Virus record (IMG/VR): IMGVR_UViG_3300028048_000038
Span: 320,001-384,000 of that record
Length of the DNA: 64,000 nt
Direction: 5' to 3' (one strand)
Source of the DNA: a virus
Taxonomy: Duplodnaviria; Caudoviricetes
The notes beneath the pieces are model-generated. The model made no database searches. It was not told the DNA's origin and saw nothing but the letters and a program-made list of their open reading frames with translations. Positions 1-9,200 of the stretch are shown piece after piece. A program made the position numbers and the translations under genes. Numbering within the stretch: position 1 is the first letter of the stretch; each line of letters begins with the position of its first letter.

Positions 1-737
1 GGTATTCTATTGTTAATAATATTACTGAATGATTGAGAAATGGCACCAGCATCGAACATGTTATTACCACTCTTACTCTCAAGAGATTTAAATGACTGTA
101 TAGAACCAATTGAGTCCCAAATAAAACATAATGGCTGATTAATCTCACCTCTTTCTTGTGCATCTAACAAGTCGTTAATTGAATAAGCAATATCTTCAAG
201 AACTGCTTCCTTACGTTTTGTCTTACACTCCTTACCAGTTGAATAATCACGGTTTCCATACATTTCAGCTAGAATCTTATTATCGAAATACATAAATTCA
301 CCATCGTAATTAATGATTCTATTTTCAGTATGATAAGTAACTTCACCAGTTTCTATATCGACATCTTCAACCTCAACATCGTCATATATAGGTGTTGCTT
401 TCATACCGCAATCAATTGCATATTTGAAGTCGAAGTTATTCTCTGTTTCATATATAACTGGAATAATTCCATTGTTAATACAACTAGCAATAAGGCAATT
501 CTTAATGGTTGACTTACCAGTGTTTGACCATCCAGTTACAATTGTAAGATAACCCTTTGGTATACCTGGAAGTTTAATCGCATCAGCAAATGCCTCTGGA
601 AGTGGAATGAAATCTGTTGGTTTATCAGCAACAGACTTCACCAAATCCTTATCTGATTTCATTGTCAAACCATATTTTTCCTTAAAACTAGCAATACTTG
701 GCTTCTTAAATTCTTTTTTCTTAATTGGTTGCTTCAT
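1..737 (-). CDS. uvsX: RecA/UvsX-like recombinase (3' end runs off window)
   Basis: Manually translated from ATG at 737: MKQPIKKKEFKKPSIASF...GIPKGYLTIVTGWSNTGKST (Walker A)...VIYETENNFD...CFIWDSIGS (Walker B-like). Lies near the SSB gene. Confidence 0.8.
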   Translation of the reverse strand, partial: MKQPIKKKEFKKPSIASFKEKYGLTMKSDKDLVKSVADKPTDFIPLPEAFADAIKLPGIPKGYLTIVTGWSNTGKSTIKNCLIASCINNGIIPVIYETENNFDFKYAIDCGMKATPIYDDVEVEDVDIETGEVTYHTENRIINYDGEFMYFDNKILAEMYGNRDYSTGKECKTKRKEAVLEDIAYSINDLLDAQERGEINQPLCFIWDSIGSIQSFKSLESKSGNNMFDAGAISQSFSNIINNRI

Positions 738-740
738 AAC

Positions 741-950
741 TTAAAATTCTTTAACAATATTTTCAGTTGGGACTGAATAATACTTATTTTCATTTCTATT
801 AAAAACTATAACGTCATTTAAAAATGTGTTTGAATCTACAACACCTTCTATAATCTCAAATCTATTTGGATTTTCATATTTATCTTTCCAATCATAATAC
901 CATTTAAATTGAATTGGTGTTCCAATCTTATATTCACGCTTTAGTCTCAT
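741..950 (-). CDS. hypothetical protein (69 aa)
   Basis: ORF tightly packed in the operon, overlapping the upstream stop. Confidence 0.6.
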   Translation of the reverse strand: MRLKREYKIGTPIQFKWYYDWKDKYENPNRFEIIEGVVDSNTFLNDVIVFNRNENKYYSVPTENIVKEF

Positions 951-2011
951 AAAACATTATTATTCAACATTTTATTTCTATCCTTATATTCTTTCAATTC
1001 ATTTTCTATTTCTTCTTCATCCCAAGTAATTATTTTTTTGAATACATTTCGATTTTCACCAACAACATATCGTTTGAAGTCCTTAAATGCTTTTGCAAGT
1101 GTTCTTTTATAATTTCTTTCAGCAAACATAACACCATATATTAGTCTAGTTCTGAATTTAAGAAGTGACCTTGATGGTGTACTTTGTATATCACCCATTA
1201 CAACTTTACAGATATTACCACATTCATTGACGAAATCAATATCCTTCAAATTACTATCAATTATTTTTATACCATTTTTCAAATTGATAATCAAATTATA
1301 TAAAGGCAATTCATTCTCTACATCGTGATATGAAAAACTATCAATTTCTTTGTGACTTCTCAGATACTCATATAATCTATTTGTTTCTGAAGATATTTCA
1401 TTTTTTTCAGATAAGTAATAAAGAGTGTTTATCTTATTTTGAATGGTATCTTCACCTTCTGAGTTCATAACTTTAGTCGCATTCCTATTCCTCCACATTT
1501 TCTTTTTTTCCTCGTCTTCGTAATTTGAATTATCAGATAATAATATACAATAAAACCTATAAATGTGTTGAAGTTCATGCGCCATTTCACTGTAGAATTC
1601 TTCTTTTCCTTTACTTGATTTTAGGTCAATATCTTGTATTCCAATTACAATAATGAAGTTTGATAGTTTATTTAGTTCTTTGTTGATTTTAGCATCTTGT
1701 CCATAAAAGTAGCTATTAACTTTACTTTTAGTTAAAACTGTTAATGATAAACTATCTATAAAACAATTTTGTTTCATTTTATAACCAGAGATATAATAGC
1801 TTGTATAGAATTTTTCACTATTAAATGGAACTTGTGCTGTATTCGATATTACATCATATAACTCATCTATAATTTGGACATAATCATCAATGATACCTTT
1901 TGTTTCATCAATCCTATTGAACTTAAAGAAATCTTCACCTTCAATAATTATTCCGCTTCCAAAATCATTAAAGTGGGCATAATCATCTATTGTATACTTA
2001 ACTGCTTCCAT
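947..2011 (-). CDS. hypothetical protein with HExxH zinc-metallopeptidase motif
   Basis: 354-aa ORF with EMAHELQH and a downstream EKNEISS acidic residue. Confidence 0.55.
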   Translation of the reverse strand: MEAVKYTIDDYAHFNDFGSGIIIEGEDFFKFNRIDETKGIIDDYVQIIDELYDVISNTAQVPFNSEKFYTSYYISGYKMKQNCFIDSLSLTVLTKSKVNSYFYGQDAKINKELNKLSNFIIVIGIQDIDLKSSKGKEEFYSEMAHELQHIYRFYCILLSDNSNYEDEEKKKMWRNRNATKVMNSEGEDTIQNKINTLYYLSEKNEISSETNRLYEYLRSHKEIDSFSYHDVENELPLYNLIINLKNGIKIIDSNLKDIDFVNECGNICKVVMGDIQSTPSRSLLKFRTRLIYGVMFAERNYKRTLAKAFKDFKRYVVGENRNVFKKIITWDEEEIENELKEYKDRNKMLNNNVL

Positions 2012-2621
2012 TTTCCTTTAACAATTTATCTCTAACCTTATCCTTCCAACATTTTCTGCAAATGGCTCTGTATTTCTCATTACCACCAATCTCCACTTGA
2101 CTACCCTCAGTAATAATCTCACCATTTTCATCGAATCTAGCATTGATTGAGGTCTTCCTATCACCACATTCACAAGTTGACTTTATTTCTTCTATATCAT
2201 CAGCTAGCTCAAAGAGTCGTTTGGAACCTGGAAACAGTCTTGATTGAAAATCTGTTCTAAGTCCGAAACACATCACATTGATACCTAAGAAATCAACAAC
2301 ATCTGAAAGCTGTTCCACTTGTTCTTCAGTAAGGAATTGACATTCATCTATTAAGACCCATTTAAGTGTTTCCAATTGTGCGTCTAAGACGTTCTTATAT
2401 GCCTTGATAGCCTTGTATAAGTTAATCTCATTGTCAATCATGATACACTTACGTTCAAGGCCAGCACGTGAACGAATAACTCCTTCACCGTCCCTTGTAT
2501 CTAATGATGGTTTAAGAACCATTATCTGCACACCTTTTTCCTCAAAGTTGTAAGCTGTTGTAAGGAGTCTAAGGGATTTTGCACTCCCCATAGACCCCCA
2601 AAAATAAAAAAGTTTGTTCAT
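1998..2621 (-). CDS. tdk: thymidine kinase
   Basis: WGSMGSAKS P-loop, LIDECQFL, FGLRTDF, FPGS..L..LAD, C-terminal Zn motifs CECG and CRKC. Confidence 0.95.
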   Translation of the reverse strand: MNKLFYFWGSMGSAKSLRLLTTAYNFEEKGVQIMVLKPSLDTRDGEGVIRSRAGLERKCIMIDNEINLYKAIKAYKNVLDAQLETLKWVLIDECQFLTEEQVEQLSDVVDFLGINVMCFGLRTDFQSRLFPGSKRLFELADDIEEIKSTCECGDRKTSINARFDENGEIITEGSQVEIGGNEKYRAICRKCWKDKVRDKLLKENGSS

Positions 2622-2641
2622 ATTAATCGTAACATTGCCTA

Positions 2642-3637
2642 CTAGAATGGTAAATCATCATCGTCATCTTTGACATCATTACCATCGATTATATTTACAC
2701 CGCTAGATTCTGCTATATCAGAGAAATCCTTTGTTGGCTCTGTTAGAGCTTCATCGATTCTCTGTTTCTCAGCCTCTTCTTTAATTTTATCAAGTTCTTC
2801 CTTATCAATATACTTATTCTGTTCCTTGCTAAACATTGGAACACCACCCATTGCGATGATTGCCATGTACTCATAAGGCTTAACGGTGTATACCTCATCC
2901 CATTGTTTGCTATCGTGAATCCACTTCTCGCCAAGTTCGAAGTCATCTGAAAGCGGAGAAGGTAGACCTGCGTCAATAATCTGAATTGCTGTCTTATTAT
3001 CTGAGGTTCTTGAGAGGGTTACAACCAAATCAAGTCCATTGTTAAGGTCGAAAATGCTGTAGGTGTTTCCCTTCTTTGCTGCTGCTTCAGAACGAATCTT
3101 TGCCAAGTTCATAATCTTGTCATAAACTCCATCCTTCTTCTTTGAACTGTTGAAGAGCCAAAACTTAACCCCATCTTCCTCATGGTCACGCTCAATACAG
3201 CGCACAATCCACATTTCCTTAACACGATTAAGGAATTCAACATCACCGTACTTCTTCTTTGTAGGCTCATCAAGTGACTTGGACTTAAGTTCACGTGCCT
3301 TTGCAGATGTCTCACAGAATGGGCATTTATCACCCATTACAGAGCCATCTTTTTTGTTGTGTGTAGGGCACACGAAAGTCTTCCACCCACTAGGTGAAAC
3401 CTCCTTATTTACCTTAACGGTATGCATAAAAACTTTCTTGAATGGACTACCACCTTCTGGGGAGAATGGCAACAGTCTGATTGTAAGTGTCTTTGTGTCT
3501 TCGTTTGACCCAAGCCTAGCTTGTAAATAATTCTTAGTGTCAAACTGAGTCTTCTTAACAGGTTGTTTCTGTTCTTGTTCATACTGATTCTTTACTGCGT
3601 CATCATCAATGTTAACGCTAAAATTTTTGTTACTCAT
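2642..3637 (-). CDS. single-stranded DNA-binding protein (T4 gp32-like)
   Basis: IRLLP, CP...CPFC Zn motif, GVKFWLF, acidic C-terminal tail DDDDDLPF. Confidence 0.8.
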   Translation of the reverse strand: MSNKNFSVNIDDDAVKNQYEQEQKQPVKKTQFDTKNYLQARLGSNEDTKTLTIRLLPFSPEGGSPFKKVFMHTVKVNKEVSPSGWKTFVCPTHNKKDGSVMGDKCPFCETSAKARELKSKSLDEPTKKKYGDVEFLNRVKEMWIVRCIERDHEEDGVKFWLFNSSKKKDGVYDKIMNLAKIRSEAAAKKGNTYSIFDLNNGLDLVVTLSRTSDNKTAIQIIDAGLPSPLSDDFELGEKWIHDSKQWDEVYTVKPYEYMAIIAMGGVPMFSKEQNKYIDKEELDKIKEEAEKQRIDEALTEPTKDFSDIAESSGVNIIDGNDVKDDDDDLPF

Positions 3638-3700
3638 AAATTGAATTGTTATTAAAAAAAATTATTTAAAATGCATGCCTAATACATGCTTAAAGTATAT

Positions 3701-3734
3701 TGCAAATATATAAAAAAAAATTGAAAAAACCAAA
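3701..3734 (-). promoter_or_regulatory. Bacteroidota housekeeping-sigma type promoter upstream of SSB
   Basis: Minus strand TTTG ... TATATTTGCA matches the -33 TTTG / -7 TAnnTTTG consensus. Confidence 0.7.
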
Positions 3735-3772
3735 TTTTTCCACAGGTATCTTTCATAATATCTGTGGAAAAA
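3735..3772 (-). terminator. intrinsic terminator hairpin
   Basis: Inverted repeat TTTTTCCACAG..CTGTGGAAAAA just after the stop at 3778. Confidence 0.55.
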
Positions 3773-3777
3773 TGTAT

Positions 3778-4023
3778 TTAAATTGCGTTAGAAGAATCAA
3801 CTAGGTTTTTAATGGCATTAAGGTGCTCATTTATCTGTATAACAATGCTGTTTGGTTCTTGTCCCAATCTATTGCACATTATCATATGGTCTCTAACAAC
3901 TTGAATTGCATCATCAATACTATATCCAATCTCATTGAATAAGTTTGATAAATCATCATTACCATATCCAATTTCTTTGATTAGCTTTTTATATGCTTCC
4001 TCTTTTAAATTAATCGTTTTCAT
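3778..4023 (-). CDS. small putative head-internal protein (LxE-motif family)
   Basis: N-terminus MKTINLKEEAYKKLIKE resembles the MKKVIRLTE family. Confidence 0.55.
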   Translation of the reverse strand: MKTINLKEEAYKKLIKEIGYGNDDLSNLFNEIGYSIDDAIQVVRDHMIMCNRLGQEPNSIVIQINEHLNAIKNLVDSSNAI

Positions 4024-4889
4024 TAGAAATTGAACAATTTATCAAGTGTCTGGACATCATCATCGTCAATCTTGAAGAATGTCTTTGCGATGTCATCAGA
4101 TGGGTTATCTACATCATCGTTTGTGATTGTATATTCCTTGGTTGTAGGCTCTGCATTGTCTGAGTATGCCTCATACCCACCTTGCTTTGCCTTTTCATCC
4201 CAATACTCGTTTGGTTTAATGTTAAATGGATATGAATCTAGTGAACGCAAATTAAGCTTCTCAGTTTGAGTTGGATTTCTCTTCTCAAACTCAGCCTTTA
4301 AAGCTTCAATCTCACTATTGTTACTGTCAACCTTAGACAAAAGGTTATTGATAGTATCAATCAACGATGTAATTCTTGTATCGACCTTTGACAAATCTCT
4401 TCCGATATGGTTCTGCTTAACATTAAGTTTATCTTGTGCCTTTGTCAAACCATCGATGTCAATTGTCTCACCATCGTCCTCACTCATATCGCCACTAGCA
4501 TCAGCCAAAGGGTCTTCTCCACCCATGTTTGTACCTCCAATTGGGTCTGCCATTGGGTCAACTCCTGCATTTGGGTCTGCACCACCCATAGGGTCTGCGT
4601 CACCCATTGCATTTGGGTCTCCTACCATAGCGTTAGGGCCTTGAGGCATTCCTCCACCCATTGCATTTGGGTCTTGAGGCATACCGCCCCCCATTTGGTC
4701 AGCACCACCGCCCATCATTGGGTCTTGACCACCCATTGCATTTGGGTCTTGATTTGGGTCAGCACCAGCTTCCTCCAAGTCTTCCTCTGGGAACTGTGTT
4801 GGTATATATGCTTCGCTGAGACGCATAAAATGCTTATGTGCCTCATACAAATTATTTTCCTTAAGATACTTAACATTAGTCTTTGCCAT
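4023..4889 (-). CDS. putative head/scaffold-associated protein with Gly/Met/Pro/Asp low-complexity repeats
   Basis: 288 aa with LKE/LYE/LSE motifs, repeated (Q)DPNAMGG units and a coiled coil. Confidence 0.6.
   Translation of the reverse strand: MAKTNVKYLKENNLYEAHKHFMRLSEAYIPTQFPEEDLEEAGADPNQDPNAMGGQDPMMGGGADQMGGGMPQDPNAMGGGMPQGPNAMVGDPNAMGDADPMGGADPNAGVDPMADPIGGTNMGGEDPLADASGDMSEDDGETIDIDGLTKAQDKLNVKQNHIGRDLSKVDTRITSLIDTINNLLSKVDSNNSEIEALKAEFEKRNPTQTEKLNLRSLDSYPFNIKPNEYWDEKAKQGGYEAYSDNAEPTTKEYTITNDDVDNPSDDIAKTFFKIDDDDVQTLDKLFNF
4540..4765 (-). repeat. imperfect coding repeats (DPNAMG units)
   Basis: CCCATTGCATTTGGGTCT recurs near 4603, 4657 and 4732, with several degenerate copies. Confidence 0.7.
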
Positions 4890-4896
4890 TGTTATA

Positions 4897-5142
4897 TCAA
4901 TCGTTCAAAAGTTCCTTATTATCCTCAGTCAAAATGGTCTTAGAACTCTCAGTTCTCTCGATAAGACCCTTGTCCTTCTTTACTCTCTTCACATGTGCTG
5001 ATGGTTCTGTACCATTAAGTACACTCTGTGCCATTGCTATCTTTTCGCTTGTAGTCATAACTTGCTTATTCTCTTCAATCTTATTTTCCACCCTCTTCTG
5101 AGGCTTCATACTGTTTATGTGTTTTATAATAAACTTTCCCAT
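4897..5142 (-). CDS. hypothetical protein (81 aa)
   Basis: ORF preceded by the late-promoter motif at 5162-5170. Confidence 0.65.
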   Translation of the reverse strand: MGKFIIKHINSMKPQKRVENKIEENKQVMTTSEKIAMAQSVLNGTEPSAHVKRVKKDKGLIERTESSKTILTEDNKELLND

Positions 5143-5174
5143 ACTCTATGAATTTATTTACTATAAATATCTCT

Positions 5175-5582
5175 TTAGTTGAAAAACAACGACTTATCCT
5201 CTATTTTGGATAGATTTGATATTGAAAGTTCCCCATTTGTTATGATTATAAGTTTGTCCTTATATTTGTCCCAATCGACAACAAATTCATTATTTGGTAA
5301 TTCAGAACCTTCATTGTCTTTCTCAATTAATTTATTGAGGGCATTGATGGAAAATAAACAACCATTCTTAACGTGCATAACAGTTGCATTCTCAAGATTC
5401 TTGATAAACCTATCCTTATCAAAAGTCTTGAATGTAACCAAATATTCACGCTTATTGGTATCAATTGAATAAATAAATAATTTATCAAGTCTTATACCAA
5501 AACCATTCTTGAGAGTTTCTATAAATGATAAAATTCTGTTTTTCTTTACAAATGTTCCAATTATTATTCCACGTTCTGCCAT
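5175..5582 (-). CDS. hypothetical protein (135 aa)
   Basis: Clean ORF in the operon. Confidence 0.65.
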   Translation of the reverse strand: MAERGIIIGTFVKKNRILSFIETLKNGFGIRLDKLFIYSIDTNKREYLVTFKTFDKDRFIKNLENATVMHVKNGCLFSINALNKLIEKDNEGSELPNNEFVVDWDKYKDKLIIITNGELSISNLSKIEDKSLFFN

Positions 5583-5594
5583 TATTAACTATTC

Positions 5595-6182
5595 CTAACT
5601 AGATATAAAGTATGGAAGTGCATACTTCTTATTTCCAAGCTGTTTTGATAACTTGAAGATAAACTTCTTGTTATCCTCAATGATTTTGATTCCCTTAGAT
5701 TTAATCCTATCAAGAACCTTTACCATTGGTATACCACAATATTCCAACACAGTTAAAGATAATCCTAAGATTCTTCCCTCATGCGGAATATATAATATAT
5801 TCTTATTTAAATAAATATTTTTAATTTCTTTAGAATTTAATATAATATTATATAATTTCTTTATATTATTATATTTTAATTTAAATATATTAATATAATA
5901 ATATTTTATATTATTTAATATATTATTATATATTATATTATAGAAAATTTTCAAATCTTCTTCAAAGTCAGAACGACTCTCAGTTTTACTAAAAGTCCAA
6001 TATATGTTTTCATCAAGCTGTTTCTCCAAAATAGATGTGTACCTTGGGTCTTCCTTTGCTTTCTTCCAACCTACAATAAGTATAGGCTTCGTGGAGTCTG
6101 CCAATGAAATGTCATTAACTTGCTCCACAAAGCCATCAATGTTTGTAAGTTTCCTTTCCGTAACAATATAGCCTAAAATCAT
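5595..6182 (-). CDS. hypothetical protein (start revised to ATG 6182)
   Basis: MILGYIVTERK start lies just downstream of a Bacteroidota-type promoter; contains an extremely AT-rich tract. Confidence 0.6.
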   Translation of the reverse strand: MILGYIVTERKLTNIDGFVEQVNDISLADSTKPILIVGWKKAKEDPRYTSILEKQLDENIYWTFSKTESRSDFEEDLKIFYNIIYNNILNNIKYYYINIFKLKYNNIKKLYNIILNSKEIKNIYLNKNILYIPHEGRILGLSLTVLEYCGIPMVKVLDRIKSKGIKIIEDNKKFIFKLSKQLGNKKYALPYFISS

Positions 6183-6201
6183 AACACTTTTTACCAATTT
6201 A

Positions 6202-6235
6202 TGCAAAGATATATAAAAAATGTTAAAATTCCAAA
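6202..6235 (-). promoter_or_regulatory. Bacteroidota-type promoter
   Basis: Minus strand TTTGGAATTTTAACATTTTTTATATATCTTTGCA. Confidence 0.75.
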
Positions 6236-6237
6236 CT

Positions 6238-9200
6238 TTAAGCTTTTTGTTTATTATGGAATCTATAAATAGCATAAGGCAAGCTTGAATCGTATGGACT
6301 CATGTGTTTTTGTTTAAAGTCTGAAATCCAACCTTGTGATGAGAACATACAAGCATGATATTTTCCACCCTCTGTAAGTGCATCCTTACCAATAATAGCA
6401 ACATCGCCAGATTGTAATGGTATCTTTGCGTCTCCATAAGGTTTAACTATACCGCTATCAATCATTACGAATCCATTTTCTTTAAGAATTCCTCTATATC
6501 TTAAATTAGTTGCATATTTTCCATCGCCACAATTCATTCTCGGACCTCCACCTGCTTTTATTGCATATTCAACATAAGCTGCACAATTTCCGCATTGTCC
6601 TTTTATGTATTTTGGTTTCGCTCTTCTAATAAGTGTATCACATGCTACGCCAACATTCCATCCATCAATAAAGCCAGCATCTCCCTTACTTATTTCGCTG
6701 CCCATCGCAATGATATCATTGCCAACACTTGCACAATCACTTATATCTATTTCAGAAAGATTTTCTGGGTCTTTCAATTCTGGGACTAAACGTCTTAAGT
6801 TCTTTTCTCCATATGAGTCATAATATTTCTTCAATGACTTTTTACAATCTTCACTTAAATCGCTCACAGTTGCATTAATTTTTGAAGCATTACCACTACT
6901 GTCTCTTGAGCCAGTATCATAGAAGAAAACATATTGGTTATTGGTTGGAACATCCTTTGGTAAAAGCTTAACATCAATTCTGATAAGATTAGTTAGCATA
7001 TTATCATAAACCCAATAAAGTTTATTTACATATCTAAAGTACTCATGAGTATTTAATATACAATCAAATAACTTTGCCAATTTTGCATTATTTTGAGAAT
7101 TAGCAGCACTAACCATCATAACCTTATTGCTATCGTTCTTATTTGGATAATAACTGTTCTTCAATTCGAACCTCATTGACTCTGTATTCTGTACTGTCTT
7201 GTTAATTGCGCTAAAGAATAACTCATAGATATCCTCATTCATCTTCGATAATTCCTTATCACTATCATTTTGTTGTGAACCGCCAGTAAATACATTATAA
7301 ATATCCATTGCAAACTTCTCTCTTTGAGCTTGATGAGCTTCTGCTGTTCCAGGTCTTTCATAACCCCATAGCCAAATTCCAACAGCCTCTCCAACAGTAG
7401 TAGCAGCAGTTAACTTATTATATACATTCTTAAAATCATTATGATTATTATTCTTAACAGATTCTATTGCAAATCTTATTTGGGCTTCAAAACTTTTATT
7501 TTTAATAAGTTCATAAACATCAGATTTTTTACTTAAACCAGTTTCATTGCCACCTGACCAATGTCCATATTCTGAAGTTCTGTTATTATACATGTCAGCG
7601 AATAAGTGAAATGCTGGCATCCATTGACATAGACCAGCTGCAAAACTAGACTTATTAACTGCAAACTCATTAAATCCACTTTCTTGCATTATATTACCAC
7701 AGATACCAGCAGCAGCTATAGCAGAAAGATTATAACGGTCTTCAGTTAATATAGTCATTGCAGATTGTGCCCTTGGACTAGCTGATGCACCATTTGTATT
7801 TGTGCTGAATATTGGGAACACTGCATATGGGCAATCATTGTCGTTATTTGCCATTGCATTATTGAATGTAACTGCATCATTTGGTATATATTCTGTATCA
7901 TCACCTTCTGGACTAATGAATACATCCTTAACCAATCTATTGCCAACATTAGGCATACGACTACCTATGAATTTGGTGGTCATATTTCCAGGTGTTATAT
8001 TATGACTAACCTTATAAATCTGATAAGAACCTCTAAACATTGGCACATTAAGAAGTACGAAATACATCATTGGTTGTACCCATGCGCATCCCATCATTTC
8101 AACTGTACAAGTGAATGATTGACCAGCATAGATATCGAACATATCTTGACCTTGTGTTGCATTCTTGTTTTTATCACTTTTCTCATTCAAGATTGAGAAC
8201 TTAGCCATGATACTCTGTTCAGTCTGAATTGCTCCCCTTGTATTCACAGACACTTTCTTGAAGAAGCTTTGATACTGTTTTCCATATGTTACACCAAATG
8301 CAGGTATTGTATAGAAATCACCTTTTGCACCTCTTGTCCTAATTGACATAGGGGTCTTTGACTCATTATTAAGCATGAAACTGTCATCCTCATATTCAGC
8401 ACCTTGTATATCCAAGTGTTTCGATGGCTCATATGTGTAGCATACAACGAAGTCTTGCCCATTCCTTATATTCTTAGGGTCAAACGCATTTGAATATGGT
8501 AATGGTTTGAACATATTCTCCATTGATTCTCTCTTTGACAAGTCAATGAAGTTCTGTATGCATTTAAACATACATCTGTTATCAGTATAAACGTAGCTTA
8601 AGAATGAAAGTACGTTTGACTTGATATCACTATAGCTTGTTAAGGTATCTATTCTCTCAAACAGTTTTTGTGGGTTCAATAATAACTTATCGCCAATTTT
8701 GTTGTAATAAGAATCGATGAAATAGAACTGATAGTCAGCCCCACTCTTGTCAAAGAAGTTCTGATAGTTCCAATCCTTTTCAGTTGAAGAAGGAATCCAT
8801 TTGTCATATATCTGCTTTAGATATCTGTATAATTCCATCCTCATCTCGTCTGAGGTGTTATTGGCATCCTTAGACCTTCTTACCATGTTACCGTTCTCAT
8901 CAGCCTTATAATCAACTCCCAACAACTGATTCAATTCATCAATGAAACCATCCAAATAGTCTTGATAAACAGTGTCATTTTCAACCTTATATAATTTTGC
9001 TTCGAGACAATATCTATTATCATCAACAAAATGGTTAACATTACCATTTACAAGCAGTATGGGTAACATCATCTTATTTGTTAAATTTTTAATGTCTTCA
9101 CTATTTTGATTAAGTAATACCCTACCTTTTTCAACATCAGCTACTGCAACATTTCTCTTTGAATTTTCACCACTTAATTTATTTTTTATGTCATTGAATT

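Noticed and set aside
2642-2644. TAG-to-Gln recoding as in Lak and some crAss-like phages
   Set aside because: TAG ends the SSB exactly after the canonical DDLPF tail and also ends kptA and clpC. Long genes are intact under the standard code.
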